Below are positions 10,553-20,107 of a stretch of 64,000 nucleotides of DNA, one piece after another (the first letter of the stretch is position 1; the number at the start of each line of letters is the position of its first letter). The stretch is from an uncultured Collinsella sp. Its GTDB lineage: Bacteria; Actinomycetota; Coriobacteriia; Coriobacteriales; Coriobacteriaceae. The stretch lies in contig UQRW01000001.1 of NCBI GenBank assembly GCA_900543515.1, positions 47,134 to 111,133 of the forward strand, written 5' to 3'. The notes beneath the pieces are model-generated. The model made no database searches and had not been told where the DNA came from. It was given only the letters and a program-made list of their open reading frames with translations. Made by a program: the position numbers and the translations under genes.

Positions 10553-10560
10553 CCGCGGGT

Positions 10561-11946
10561 TTATCGCTGCACGTGTCGAAGTACCTCAACAGCGGCACCA
10601 ACCTCGATTATGCGACGCTCGAGGCCGCGGCGGATGGCCTCGAGTCGACCCTCCGCCGTGGCCCATTCGCTCTGCGAAAGAATCTCGATCGCCTCATCAA
10701 CAAATCCGTTGAGCCGCGATGAATCGAACCAATCGAGCGAGTCCGCAAGCGCCAGCTGGACGGAAGGGTCGGGCCCAAACGGCTTAGCGGAAAACCCAAA
10801 CTCCCCAGCTGCGAGCACGGCAGTTGGTACGTTGTACCACAAGCAGTTACCGCTATCGAACAGCGGAGCAGGTTTTATCTCCAGGGTGTCGACATTACGG
10901 ATGATGCCGAAGTTTCGCCAATGGCGGTCGCTGTTGGCCAAAAGGGCATCGCAGACAATCATCTGCGACATAGACCTTCTCACAGCGGCCTCATTGGCAC
11001 CATGCTTGCCAAGGTAGCGACAGTATCGATCGTATGTCGAGTTTCCCCGCTGGCTACCAAGTACGCCCTTAACGTAAACAGCCGGAACGTATTCCTCGCG
11101 GCCATCAAGAAAGTCGTCGCACAGGCACACAGGGCCATCGAACATCCGCTCAACCGTATAAGGAACAAACTCACCCTCCGACAGCAAGCGACGATGTAGA
11201 GCCGTTGCAACCGCCTCGTTAAAGGGCCGTTGGTCGTCCATGCCGCACCCCTTGACCAGAACGCGAACACCGTTGCGAATCATCCACGATTTAGGAAGCT
11301 CGCCCTCGGATGTGTTGTCGGGATTTTTAAGACCGATGCCCTCCAGCCAACCCGAACGCTCTTCGGGCGCCGATCGCTCAAATTCGTTCTCAAAGTAATT
11401 GATGTTTTGCCATTTGAGTTCGCCGCAATCGGCCGGCCGCAGCCAATAACAATCCGAAAGCGAGAGACCCAGACACCGAACCGGCACCTCAGTGTCGTTG
11501 ACAATCCCCAGCTCGCGGTAGCGCGAGATAAGCCCGGGGCGAACATCGGGTACCGACCGATGCCCCCACCACGTGTTGAGCTCCCGTTTATTCACCGTAG
11601 GAGAAGAGCTCGAGCACGTGCCAAACGGCATCCTCTGCGCATCGAGTACCTCGGCGATTTCGAAGGAAAACTCGCGCGTCGGATCAAACGAAACACGTGC
11701 AACCTCGTAATCGGCGGACATCAGCGTAAACTTGCGCCCCACATCGGCCGCAGGACGGCGTCCACGTTTGCGGACCTTTTGATAAGCGACCGCAGAATCA
11801 TACTCAACCATCTTCCGTCCGCCCACAATATCGCACGCGAGCGTTCCCGATGCGGCAAGCTGAGATATGCGGGCTTTCGTAACGCCCAACAGGCGGGCAG
11901 CATCACCCATAGACAAGTACTCAGATGTATCCATACGCCGCATCAC
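10561..11946 (-). CDS. HipA-family Ser/Thr kinase with fused N-terminal HTH (YjjJ/HipH-like), monocistronic
   Basis: 461 aa. The N-terminus has an HTH (MGDAARLLGVTKARISQLAASG). The C-terminus has the HipA_C catalytic motif CDALLANSDRHWRNFGII...PAPLFDSG (compare HipA NTDDHAKNFSL...LAPAYD). No hipB-like gene is adjacent. The gene has lower GC and an AT-rich promoter. Confidence 0.55.
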   Translation of the reverse strand: MMRRMDTSEYLSMGDAARLLGVTKARISQLAASGTLACDIVGGRKMVEYDSAVAYQKVRKRGRRPAADVGRKFTLMSADYEVARVSFDPTREFSFEIAEVLDAQRMPFGTCSSSSPTVNKRELNTWWGHRSVPDVRPGLISRYRELGIVNDTEVPVRCLGLSLSDCYWLRPADCGELKWQNINYFENEFERSAPEERSGWLEGIGLKNPDNTSEGELPKSWMIRNGVRVLVKGCGMDDQRPFNEAVATALHRRLLSEGEFVPYTVERMFDGPVCLCDDFLDGREEYVPAVYVKGVLGSQRGNSTYDRYCRYLGKHGANEAAVRRSMSQMIVCDALLANSDRHWRNFGIIRNVDTLEIKPAPLFDSGNCLWYNVPTAVLAAGEFGFSAKPFGPDPSVQLALADSLDWFDSSRLNGFVDEAIEILSQSEWATAEGRLEAIRRGLERRIIEVGAAVEVLRHVQR

Positions 11947-12012
11947 CTCGTTAAGTATTCTAAACGTAAAGTTAATTAGCTACATACAGCATAATACTAA
12001 ACAGACTGAAGC

Positions 12013-12040
12013 GAAAAAAGGCCCGAGCAATCAGGCCTTA
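12013..12040 (-). terminator. Terminator downstream of the M42 peptidase gene
   Basis: AAGGCC-cgagcaatca-GGCCTT; on the minus strand it is followed by TTTTTTCG. Confidence 0.5.
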
Positions 12041-12074
12041 GAGCAATTGGTCAACAGAGTCGCAAGCTGCTCCC

Positions 12075-13094
12075 CTAGCGCTGTACGTAGGCGCGGACGA
12101 GCTCGTAGGTGTTGCGCACGCCGTCCATGTGGCTGCGCTCGTAGTTGTGGCTCGCATACACGCCGGGGCCGATCAGGCCGTGACGGATGTCGTAGCCGGC
12201 CGAGAGCGTGGCCTCAACGTCCGAGCCGTAGTGCGGATACACATCGATGGCGTAATCGAGCTCCAGCTCGCGCGCGATGTTGGACAGCGTGGTCACCAGG
12301 TCGTAGTTGTACGGACCGCCCGAATCCTTGGCGCAAATCGAAACCATGCGCTCGGTGCAGCCCAGGTCGTCGCCCACGCAGCCCATGTCCACGCTGATCA
12401 TCTCGCGCGTGTCGGCCGGCACAAAGGCACCGCCATGGCCGACCTCCTCGTACACGGTAAAGAGCAATGACACTTTGCGCGAAAGCGTCACCTCGCCAGC
12501 GGCGACGGCGCGGGCGAGACCCAGCAGAATCGCCGCGGACAGCTTGTCATCAAGGAAGCGACTCTTGATGTAGCCGCTCTCCGTCACCGCAGTGCGCGGG
12601 TCCATAGCGATGATGTCGCCGGTCTGAATACCCAGCTCGAGCACATCGTCCTTGCTGTCAACGTTCTCGTCGAGCAGGATTTCCATGTTCTTCTCGATGG
12701 TCTTGACCGGCTCGTCGGCCACATGCGCCGAAGGCTCGGTATTGAGGACCACGCCCGTGTACACATTGCCGTCGCGCGTGTAGACGGTGCAGTTCTCGCC
12801 ATCGGCCGTAGACCACTGGTGCCCACCAAGCGTCGTGGGACGCAGGCGGCCATTGTCCTTAATGGAGCGCACCATGGCGCCCAGGGTGTCGACATGGCTC
12901 GCCAACACAAGCGGCTCGCCCTCGCCGCCAAGCTCAACGAGCACGTTACCCTTATTAGAACGCTCAGGCCCAAACCCCATATCGCGCAGGGTCTCCATCA
13001 GATAATCAGTCGCCGCACGGGTATAGCCCGTCGGCGAAGCAATAGAAGTCAGCGCCTTCAGCTGGTCAGTAATATAGGAGAGCGTAGAATCCAT
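12075..13094 (-). CDS. M42-family metallo-aminopeptidase (FrvX/PepA/YsdC-like)
   Basis: The ORF starts at 13160, but the M42 family aligns from MDSTLSYITDQLKALT (ATG at 13094). Conserved HVDTLG and EEVGHGGA motifs. Confidence 0.75.
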   Translation of the reverse strand: MDSTLSYITDQLKALTSIASPTGYTRAATDYLMETLRDMGFGPERSNKGNVLVELGGEGEPLVLASHVDTLGAMVRSIKDNGRLRPTTLGGHQWSTADGENCTVYTRDGNVYTGVVLNTEPSAHVADEPVKTIEKNMEILLDENVDSKDDVLELGIQTGDIIAMDPRTAVTESGYIKSRFLDDKLSAAILLGLARAVAAGEVTLSRKVSLLFTVYEEVGHGGAFVPADTREMISVDMGCVGDDLGCTERMVSICAKDSGGPYNYDLVTTLSNIARELELDYAIDVYPHYGSDVEATLSAGYDIRHGLIGPGVYASHNYERSHMDGVRNTYELVRAYVQR

Positions 13095-13222
13095 CTTGGA
13101 CACCAAAGTCACCCTTTCATATCGAATTAAACCCACAGCAACAATACCACCGCGAACCATCTTTTTACTTAGCGAGATAACCCATTGAGCTCCTCAGAAC
13201 TGCGCCCGCCACGATAACGAGC

Positions 13223-13353
13223 CGGCGGGCCCCTGCCCGTTAGCCCCACAATCTTCCCGCAGGACGGAGGAAGCCCCCGCCGCACGAAGTGCGCAGCGGG
13301 GGCTTCCGACATGTCCGAGGACGATTGTGGGGCTAACGGGCAGGGGCCCGCCG
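13223..13353. repeat. 131-bp nested perfect palindrome (31-bp arms enclosing a 12-bp-stem hairpin)
   Basis: CGGCGGGCCCCTGCCCGTTAGCCCCACAATC at 13223-13253 is the exact reverse complement of 13323-13353. The inner GGAAGCCCCCGC/GCGGGGGCTTCC stem has the loop cgcacgaagtgcgca. It contains the GGACGGAGGAAG motif and lies between the ADH stop and the peptidase start. Confidence 0.8.
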
Positions 13354-13360
13354 AACCAAG

Positions 13361-14527
13361 TTAGGCAGCCGGGCAGATCTTCTTGAAGAGCTCGATGACG
13401 TCGTCGAGCGTTGCCTCGCGCGGGTTACCCGGGAAGCAGGCGTCAGCCATGGCGTCCTTGGCCAGGACCTCGATCTCGTCGGCCTTCATGGCCTCGCAGA
13501 CGTGCGGGATGTTCACGTCGGCGGAAAGCTGCTTGACGGCGGCGATAGCGGCGTCGGCAGCCTCGTCGGTGCTCATGCCCGTGGTGTCAACGCCCATGGC
13601 GACGGCGACCTTGGCCAGGCGCTCAGCGCAAACCGGCTTGTTGAACTCCATGGCGATCGGCAGCAGCATGGCGCAAGCGACGCCGTGCGGGGTGTCGTAG
13701 TGAGCAGACAGGGTGTGAGCCATGGCGTGATCGATGCCCAGGCCGACATTGGAGAAGCCCATGCCAGCGACATACTGACCAAGAGCCATGCCCTCGCGGC
13801 CGGAGCCGGGCTGACCGGACTTGGCCTCGGCAACGGAGTCGCGCAGGTTCTCGCTAATCAGCTTAATGGCCTCAAAGTGGAACATGTCGGAGAGCTCCCA
13901 AGCGCCCTTGGTGGTGTAGCCCTCGATGGCGTGGGTCAGAGCGTCCATGCCGGTGGAAGCGGTCAGGCCGGCGGGCATGGAAGCCATCATGTCGGGGTCG
14001 ACGACAGCGACCTCGGGGGCGTCGTTGGTGTCGACGCACACGAACTTGCGGACCTTCTCGGGGTCGGTGATGACGTAGTTGATGGTCACCTCGGCGGCAG
14101 TACCGGCGGTCGTCGGCACGGCGATGGTGAACACGGCGTGGTTCTTAGTGGGAGCAACGCCCTCGAGGCTGCGGACATCGGCGAACTCGGGGTTGTTGAT
14201 GATAATGCCGATGGCCTTAGCGGTGTCCATGGAGGAGCCGCCACCGATGGTCACGATAGCGTCAGCCTCGGCGGCCTTAAAGGCCTCGACGCCGTCCTTG
14301 ACGTTCTGGATAGTGGGGTTAGGCTTGATCTCGGAGTAGAGGCTCCAGGCGATGCCGGCGGCGTCGAGCTCGTCGGTCACCTTAGCGGTAACGCCAAACT
14401 TGACCAGATCGGGGTCGGAGCAGACGAAGATCTTCTTGTAGCCGCGACGCTGAAGCTCGCCGGGAATCTCCTTGATGGCGCCGGAACCATGATAAGAGAT
14501 GGTATTGAGAACGAAACGATTAGCCAT
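13361..14527 (-). CDS. Iron-containing alcohol dehydrogenase (lactaldehyde reductase / 1,3-propanediol dehydrogenase-like)
   Basis: Family starts at MANRFVLN (ATG 14527, RBS GGGAGG). Carries GGGSSMDTAK (NAD-binding) and metal-ligand His motifs (HAMAHTL, HG). The plus-strand G/D-rich ORF 13502..14530 is its shadow. Confidence 0.8.
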   Translation of the reverse strand: MANRFVLNTISYHGSGAIKEIPGELQRRGYKKIFVCSDPDLVKFGVTAKVTDELDAAGIAWSLYSEIKPNPTIQNVKDGVEAFKAAEADAIVTIGGGSSMDTAKAIGIIINNPEFADVRSLEGVAPTKNHAVFTIAVPTTAGTAAEVTINYVITDPEKVRKFVCVDTNDAPEVAVVDPDMMASMPAGLTASTGMDALTHAIEGYTTKGAWELSDMFHFEAIKLISENLRDSVAEAKSGQPGSGREGMALGQYVAGMGFSNVGLGIDHAMAHTLSAHYDTPHGVACAMLLPIAMEFNKPVCAERLAKVAVAMGVDTTGMSTDEAADAAIAAVKQLSADVNIPHVCEAMKADEIEVLAKDAMADACFPGNPREATLDDVIELFKKICPAA

Positions 14528-14939
14528 TGATAGCCTCCCATCGTGTGCAGGGCACCCATTACGCCCCACGCTATGAGTCCCATCCTAACGCTTTTGAAAC
14601 GAAAAACGCGTGAGAACGTCAAAATTGTTAAAGCGTTTCAACAGAATAACGGAGCCCTAGTCCTTCCCTCCCGACAGCAGCGAAGGCTAGATTATAGGAG
14701 CAATCGCCCAAAGAATACGACCGACTCAGTCTATAAATTGTTTCTGTTTTAGCAATATATGTTTGACAATACGTTTATAAAAAGATACTTTGTAGTGAAT
14801 AACATGCATGCAGCAAATAACGTCATTCATTTTGTTAGAAATTGCCCATGCGGTTATTGCAGCTGCATCTACTGCAACGTACGGCGTAATTCTCCGCACG
14901 AAGCAGAAGACGGTTCCAATTCGATCGAGGCGATGACAC

Positions 14940-15479
14940 ATGGTGGCTAGTGGTCCTAAATCGAGCAAGACGGCTACAAACGAATATCGAATCTCAATTG
15001 AAGGTAACCCTTATCCGCATACTCTGGCTCTCATCAACCCAGCGGGAGACAGCCTCAACATCAAAAAACATGGGTTCACGGGTCCACTAGGACAGCTATT
15101 GAGTCTTAAATATACCGTTTATGACGATGCAAATGAAAAACTCTTCACTGTCGTCGACGGTGGTTTTAGCAACATGCCCAGGGTTGCGCTCATCATCGAA
15201 CACGAGGAAGTTGCGGTGTTTGATTATGGCCTAAACAGACTTGAGATGAAGTGCATAACGAACATACCGAATTACACAATAAAAGGTAACTTCCTATTTG
15301 GAGATTACGATATATTCAGCCAACGGGAAGTGAAACTATCTTCAGTTATCGTCCTTCAATGTGATAAACAATCGTGCTTTAGCATACAGGTTTTGGATAA
15401 AGCCGAATTGGCCGCCGCAATTGGAATACCTACAGCCATTGCCCTTCTTAGGGCTCGGATTGAAGAGCATCTCGAATAA
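14940..15479 (+). CDS. DUF567 / LURP-one-related (tubby C-terminal-like, YxjI-like) protein in a low-GC islet
   Basis: 179 aa; the C-terminal half resembles B. subtilis YxjI (NYTIKGNFLFGDYDIF ... SIQVLDKAELAAAIGIPTAIALL). The surrounding ~1.3 kb has much lower GC than the rest of the window. Confidence 0.45.
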   Translation: MVASGPKSSKTATNEYRISIEGNPYPHTLALINPAGDSLNIKKHGFTGPLGQLLSLKYTVYDDANEKLFTVVDGGFSNMPRVALIIEHEEVAVFDYGLNRLEMKCITNIPNYTIKGNFLFGDYDIFSQREVKLSSVIVLQCDKQSCFSIQVLDKAELAAAIGIPTAIALLRARIEEHLE

Positions 15480-15926
15480 ATCGCAAAAAGCAGTTCGTAA
15501 CAACATTCAGGAGCTAGATAGTTTTTTTCCTGGCTCCTGGAACCGTATTACATAGTCTGCAAATTGTTCAAAACCATGTCCATGATCCGCAATAATGGCG
15601 GCATGCTTTTTCATCTCCTGCGTAAACGCTACTTTCAAAAAGGATATCGAAACACTATCTAAATTGTTGCAAGACTCATCCAGACTAATAATAGAATAGC
15701 TGCTCAGAAAGGCTCTACAAAGCAATAAAGAGGACAGTTCTCCGCCTTGATTATCAACTTGATTACTGTCGTCTTATTTTGAATAAAAAGCTCTGACATA
15801 TGTCCATCCCCTTAACTAATAATCATAGCTGGAAAGATGACATTTTTATTCTATAGCCTCAAGCAACACGCTTTGCTGACGTCAAATCTTGTCATTACAA
15901 ACATGCACCTTAGCGCTTAAGACTCC

Positions 15927-16002
15927 AAAAAAAGGGGCGGCCGAGATGGCCGTCCCCTCCCCAATATTGATCAGTGCGGCAAAGGGACAGCCCCTTTGCC
16001 GC
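15927..16002 (-). terminator. Two tandem hairpins downstream of the DUF1275 gene
   Basis: GGGGCGGCC-gagat-GGCCGTCCCC preceded by a plus-strand A7 run, so a T-run follows on the minus strand; then GCGGCAAAGGG-acagc-CCCTTTGCCGC directly after the stop. Confidence 0.5.
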
Positions 16003-16008
16003 ATTCGG

Positions 16009-16725
16009 TTACTTTCGGCAGCCCTCTTTCCAAGCCTCGGCCGCAACCTTCCAGCGTAAGCGCAAGTCGCGCTCGCGGTCGATGAACATGATGGCAAACG
16101 CGACAAACAGCAGCAAGCTCGCCACGACGATGGCGTGCAGGCCCATGCGCTCAATACACCAGTTGCCCAACACGGCGCCAAACACAAAGGTAAAGATCAC
16201 GCCAAAGTACAGCAGGCCGTTTTCCAAAAAGCCGCGCCTGTGGGTGATGATGTAATCGTCCACGTTTTGCAGCGCGTTGCGCAAGTTGCCGATGCACATG
16301 GTCGTAGCGATGCCGTGACCGTGGATCTTGCGGAAGCTCTCGACCTGCATGCCGCAGGCAAACGAGGTGAGGCAGTTGGCGAGCAGGTTGTAACCGCCAC
16401 CGGGGATAAAGCTCACGCCCAGCAAGATGACGGCTTCAAAGAACACCGTCACCTGACGCCAGTGAATCACGCTGCCAAACCGCTCGTGCACCAGGTCGGC
16501 AAGCATAATGCCCACAGCAAACGACACCACAGGGAAGAAGTAGCGCCCCGCAAGTACCCAATTGCCCTCCGAGATGCTCACGCCCACCAGCAAGATGTTG
16601 CCCGTCTGCGCGTTGGCGAAAACATGATCGCGCCCAATGTACGAATACACGTCCATAAAGCCACCGGCGAGCGCCAAGATGATGCCCAGCTCAATAGACT
16701 CCGATATCTGTTTGGCACGCTGCAT
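16009..16725 (-). CDS. DUF1275 (YoaK-like, UPF0700) membrane protein
   Basis: Family-length start MQRAKQISESIELGIILALAGGFMDVYSY at ATG 16725 with AAGGAGG upstream; multi-TM. Confidence 0.7.
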   Translation of the reverse strand: MQRAKQISESIELGIILALAGGFMDVYSYIGRDHVFANAQTGNILLVGVSISEGNWVLAGRYFFPVVSFAVGIMLADLVHERFGSVIHWRQVTVFFEAVILLGVSFIPGGGYNLLANCLTSFACGMQVESFRKIHGHGIATTMCIGNLRNALQNVDDYIITHRRGFLENGLLYFGVIFTFVFGAVLGNWCIERMGLHAIVVASLLLFVAFAIMFIDRERDLRLRWKVAAEAWKEGCRK

Positions 16726-16897
16726 CGTCGTGCATCCTCCTTGTTGACGACTCTCTCGTGCGTTGGCGGAAACATAGCCGCCGTTCATACTGTAACCCAT
16801 TGACAACATGGCGTGCGCGCGAGACGACCCCTTCGACACAGGGATACACAGTCTGGAAACAAACGACACCCGCATCGACACGCCGATCCGCTAGCTC

Positions 16898-19111
16898 ATG
16901 TACTCCACCAGTCTTTTTAGCCCCGTCCCAAAAAGACTGGTTACAATTACGTGCAGCATACAAACACCGGGAGGGATCGTGGCAAAAAAGCCTCAGCACG
17001 CTCAGAACAACCAGCGCAGTCAGCAGGGCAAACAGGGCCAGCAGCAAAAGCGCGGCGGTAAGGCGCAGGGTGGGCACACCACGCATACCCCAGCAGCGCT
17101 CACACGCCCCTGGCGCCCGGGCCGCGATAAGTTCCTCCCCGTCAGCCGCGCCGACATGGATGCGCGCGGCTGGGACCAGTGCGACTTTGTCTACATCTGC
17201 GGCGACGCCTACGTGGACCACCCCAGCTTTGGTATGGCCATCATCAGCCGCGTCCTCGACGCGCACGGCTACAAAGTGGGCATCATCTGCCAGCCCGACT
17301 GGACCGACCCCGCCAGCATCACGGTGCTCGGTGAGCCGCGCCTGGGCTTTTTGGTCAGCGCCGGCAACATGGACTCCATGGTCAACCACTATTCGGTGAC
17401 CAAGCACCGTCGCCATACCGACGCCTATACCCCCGGTGGCGAGGAGGGGCACCGCCCCAATCGTGCCGTCACGGTCTACGGCAACCTCATCCGTCAGACG
17501 TTCAAGGACGCTCCCATCATCATCGGCGGCATCGAGGCAAGCCTGCGCCGCCTGGCTCACTACGACTACTGGCAGGACAAGCTCAAGCGCTCGGTACTGC
17601 TCGACTCGGGCGCCGACATCCTCATCTACGGCATGGGCGAGCACGCGATTGTCGAGATCGCCGACGCGCTCGACGCGGGACTGCCCGTCGATCAGATCAC
17701 CTATATCAACGGCACCGTCTACCGCACGGGTTCGCTCGACGAGGTCTACGACTACGACCTGCTGCCCAGCTGGGACGACCTTACCGCCGACAAGCTCAAC
17801 TACGCACGCAGCTTCAATGTGCAGCAGCAGAATATGGACCCCATCACCGGACACCGCCTGGTAGAGCCCTACCCCAACAGCGTCTATGTGGTGCAGAACC
17901 CGCCATCGGCGACGCTCACCACCGATGAGATGGACGAGGTGGCCGAGCTCCCCTACGCACGCGATTGGCATCCCGACTACGACGCGGCAGGCGGCGTGCC
18001 GGCCTTTGCCGAGATCAAGTTTTCCATTAGCTCCAACCGTGGCTGTTTTGGCGAGTGCTCGTTTTGCGCCCTCACCTTCCACCAGGGGCGCGTGCTGCAG
18101 ATGCGCAGCCACGATTCGATCATGCGCGAGGCCGAGCTGCTCACGCGCGATCCCGAGTTTAAGGGCTACATCAACGACGTGGGCGGACCGACGGCAAACT
18201 TTAGCCGCCCTGCCTGCGACAAGCAGCTCAAGCACGGCGTGTGCAAGAACAAACGCTGCCTGTGGCCGAGCGTATGCAAGAACATGGTGGTCGACGAGAG
18301 CGGCTACACGCAGTTGCTGCGCGACCTGCGCCAGCTGCCGGGCGTCAAGAAGGTCTTCGTCCGCAGCGGCATCCGTTTTGACTACACCATGGCCGATGCC
18401 TCGGACGAGTTTTTGCGCGAGCTGCTGGAGCATCACGTTTCGGGCCAGCTGCGCGTAGCGCCCGAGCATGTGAGCGACGCGGTGCTGTCCGTGATGGGCA
18501 AGCCGAGCCGCGCCGTCTACGACGCGTTCTGCCGTAAATTTGAACGCCTGAACCGCGAATACGGACTCAAGCAGTACGTGGTGCCGTATCTGATATCGAG
18601 CCACCCGGGCTCAACCATGAAGGAAGCCGTGGACCTTGCCGAAGCCGTGCGCGACATGGGCTACATGCCCGAGCAGGTGCAGGACTTCTACCCCACGCCG
18701 TCCACCATGTCGACCTGTATGTACTACACCGGCGTGGATCCGCGCACCATGGAGCCGATCTATGTGGCGCGCGACCCGCACGAGAAGGCCATGCAACGTG
18801 CGCTCATCCAGTATCGCAAGCCCGAGAACTACAAGCTCGTGCGCGAGGCGCTGGAAAAAGCCGGCCGCCGCGATCTGATTGGCTACACCAAGCATTGCCT
18901 GATTCGTCCCGTGCCGCCGCGCCCGGGCGAGACATCTGCCAACGGCGGGCATGGAACCGGCAAGAAGGGCGGCAAGCCGCACGGTGGCGCCGGCAAGGGG
19001 CCCAAGGGTAGCAAGGGGCACAGCGGCATGTCGCGCGCACAGAACACCGCCGGTCGCAATCGCGCGGCCCAGGGGCGTCAGGGCGCCAACGGAGGCGGAC
19101 GCCGCAACTAG
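16898..19111 (+). CDS. ygiQ: YgiQ-family (UPF0313) radical SAM protein
   Basis: Aligns along its whole length with E. coli YgiQ (FLPVSRADMDARGWDQCDFVYICGDAYVDHPSFGMAI..., radical-SAM Cys triad CFGECSFC, basic Gly/Lys tail). The start is uncertain; GTG at ~16981 with GGGAGGG is an alternative. Confidence 0.85.
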   Translation: MYSTSLFSPVPKRLVTITCSIQTPGGIVAKKPQHAQNNQRSQQGKQGQQQKRGGKAQGGHTTHTPAALTRPWRPGRDKFLPVSRADMDARGWDQCDFVYICGDAYVDHPSFGMAIISRVLDAHGYKVGIICQPDWTDPASITVLGEPRLGFLVSAGNMDSMVNHYSVTKHRRHTDAYTPGGEEGHRPNRAVTVYGNLIRQTFKDAPIIIGGIEASLRRLAHYDYWQDKLKRSVLLDSGADILIYGMGEHAIVEIADALDAGLPVDQITYINGTVYRTGSLDEVYDYDLLPSWDDLTADKLNYARSFNVQQQNMDPITGHRLVEPYPNSVYVVQNPPSATLTTDEMDEVAELPYARDWHPDYDAAGGVPAFAEIKFSISSNRGCFGECSFCALTFHQGRVLQMRSHDSIMREAELLTRDPEFKGYINDVGGPTANFSRPACDKQLKHGVCKNKRCLWPSVCKNMVVDESGYTQLLRDLRQLPGVKKVFVRSGIRFDYTMADASDEFLRELLEHHVSGQLRVAPEHVSDAVLSVMGKPSRAVYDAFCRKFERLNREYGLKQYVVPYLISSHPGSTMKEAVDLAEAVRDMGYMPEQVQDFYPTPSTMSTCMYYTGVDPRTMEPIYVARDPHEKAMQRALIQYRKPENYKLVREALEKAGRRDLIGYTKHCLIRPVPPRPGETSANGGHGTGKKGGKPHGGAGKGPKGSKGHSGMSRAQNTAGRNRAAQGRQGANGGGRRN

Positions 19112-20019
19112 GGCAGCGGTGCGTTCGCTGCATCCACCCCACACGCGTGGCGCAGCGAACGCATTGCCTCAACGAGGATGACGCCGGCGATAGCGACCGT
19201 AATTGCCACATCGAGCGGCGTGTTCACAAACCAGAGCAACGTCATGAGATACGACCCGGCATTAAAGGCAAAGTGCAGCAGGATCGTGTAGCGGAGCTTT
19301 CCGGTCGTCACGAGCACCCAACCAAAGATGAGGCCGGCGGCACCCGCGTAGCAACCCTGCACCCAATTCATGTGCATAAAACCGAAGATTGCCGCCTGCA
19401 GCACAATCGCCGCGGCAATACCCCACGTACTTGGGGCCGCCCAGGGCACCATGGCGCCGTCCTGCGCGCTCGCACGACGCCGGCGCTTCCAAAGTGGGCG
19501 GCACTGCGGATTAAACGCTCGGAGCGAAAACTCAAAAATAATGCCGCGCACCAGCAGCTCTTCACAAAATGGGGCGCCGAGCACCGTAGTCAGGACGGCG
19601 AGATAGCTGGTGTCGCCCATGCCTGTTTCCTCGACAAGCTCGCTGTAGTCGGCCGCGGCCTCGGGCAACAGCGACAGCGCGGCGTCGGTCACGTAACCAA
19701 CGACCACCTGCAGGGCAAGGCCAATCACGATAACGCAGGCGATGCGTTTCCACGCCCCACGCGCTCCCCCGCCGAGCGGGTGCTCGCTTTGCCGGCGTGC
19801 CATAAACGAACGCGGCCACAGATAACGCCACCACAGCAGCGCCATCAAAAATGACGCCGTCTGAGCGGCAGCCTGGAACCATTGGATATCGAGATTGTCG
19901 ATCGGATAGCCCGTCAGCACCGACACGGCATCGAGAACTGAAAACAGAACCACGCTCAGGGCTATATCGGCAGCGACAACGCCAAAACAGGCAAGCGCCC
20001 ACGCCATCGCATTGAGCAT
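19108..20019 (-). CDS. CPBP-family (CAAX/Abi) intramembrane metalloprotease
   Basis: Motifs EELLVRGIIF, FGFMH and HFAFN. ATG at 20019 with a GAGGAGG RBS. Overlaps ygiQ convergently by 4 nt. Confidence 0.7.
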   Translation of the reverse strand: MLNAMAWALACFGVVAADIALSVVLFSVLDAVSVLTGYPIDNLDIQWFQAAAQTASFLMALLWWRYLWPRSFMARRQSEHPLGGGARGAWKRIACVIVIGLALQVVVGYVTDAALSLLPEAAADYSELVEETGMGDTSYLAVLTTVLGAPFCEELLVRGIIFEFSLRAFNPQCRPLWKRRRRASAQDGAMVPWAAPSTWGIAAAIVLQAAIFGFMHMNWVQGCYAGAAGLIFGWVLVTTGKLRYTILLHFAFNAGSYLMTLLWFVNTPLDVAITVAIAGVILVEAMRSLRHACGVDAANAPLP

Positions 20020-20107
20020 GCCAACCTCCTCAAAACCCGGCACTTAGGGACGTTCCTTAACTGCCGGCAGAAAAAGAACGTCCCCAAGTGCCGGCAGTTT
20101 GGAACAG

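Noticed and set aside
13502-14530. 342-aa Gly/Asp-rich plus-strand ORF
   Set aside because: Antisense of the iron-ADH gene; repetitive GDG/HG composition typical of a shadow frame.
16898-16980. First 28 codons of the ygiQ ORF
   Set aside because: Not clearly rejected: a GGGAGGG-GTG site at ~16981 is a plausible alternative start, and the upstream residues are Lys/Gln-rich low complexity. Left as an uncertain start.
16691-18604. 637-aa minus-strand ORF
   Set aside because: Antisense of ygiQ, which aligns over its full length with E. coli YgiQ.
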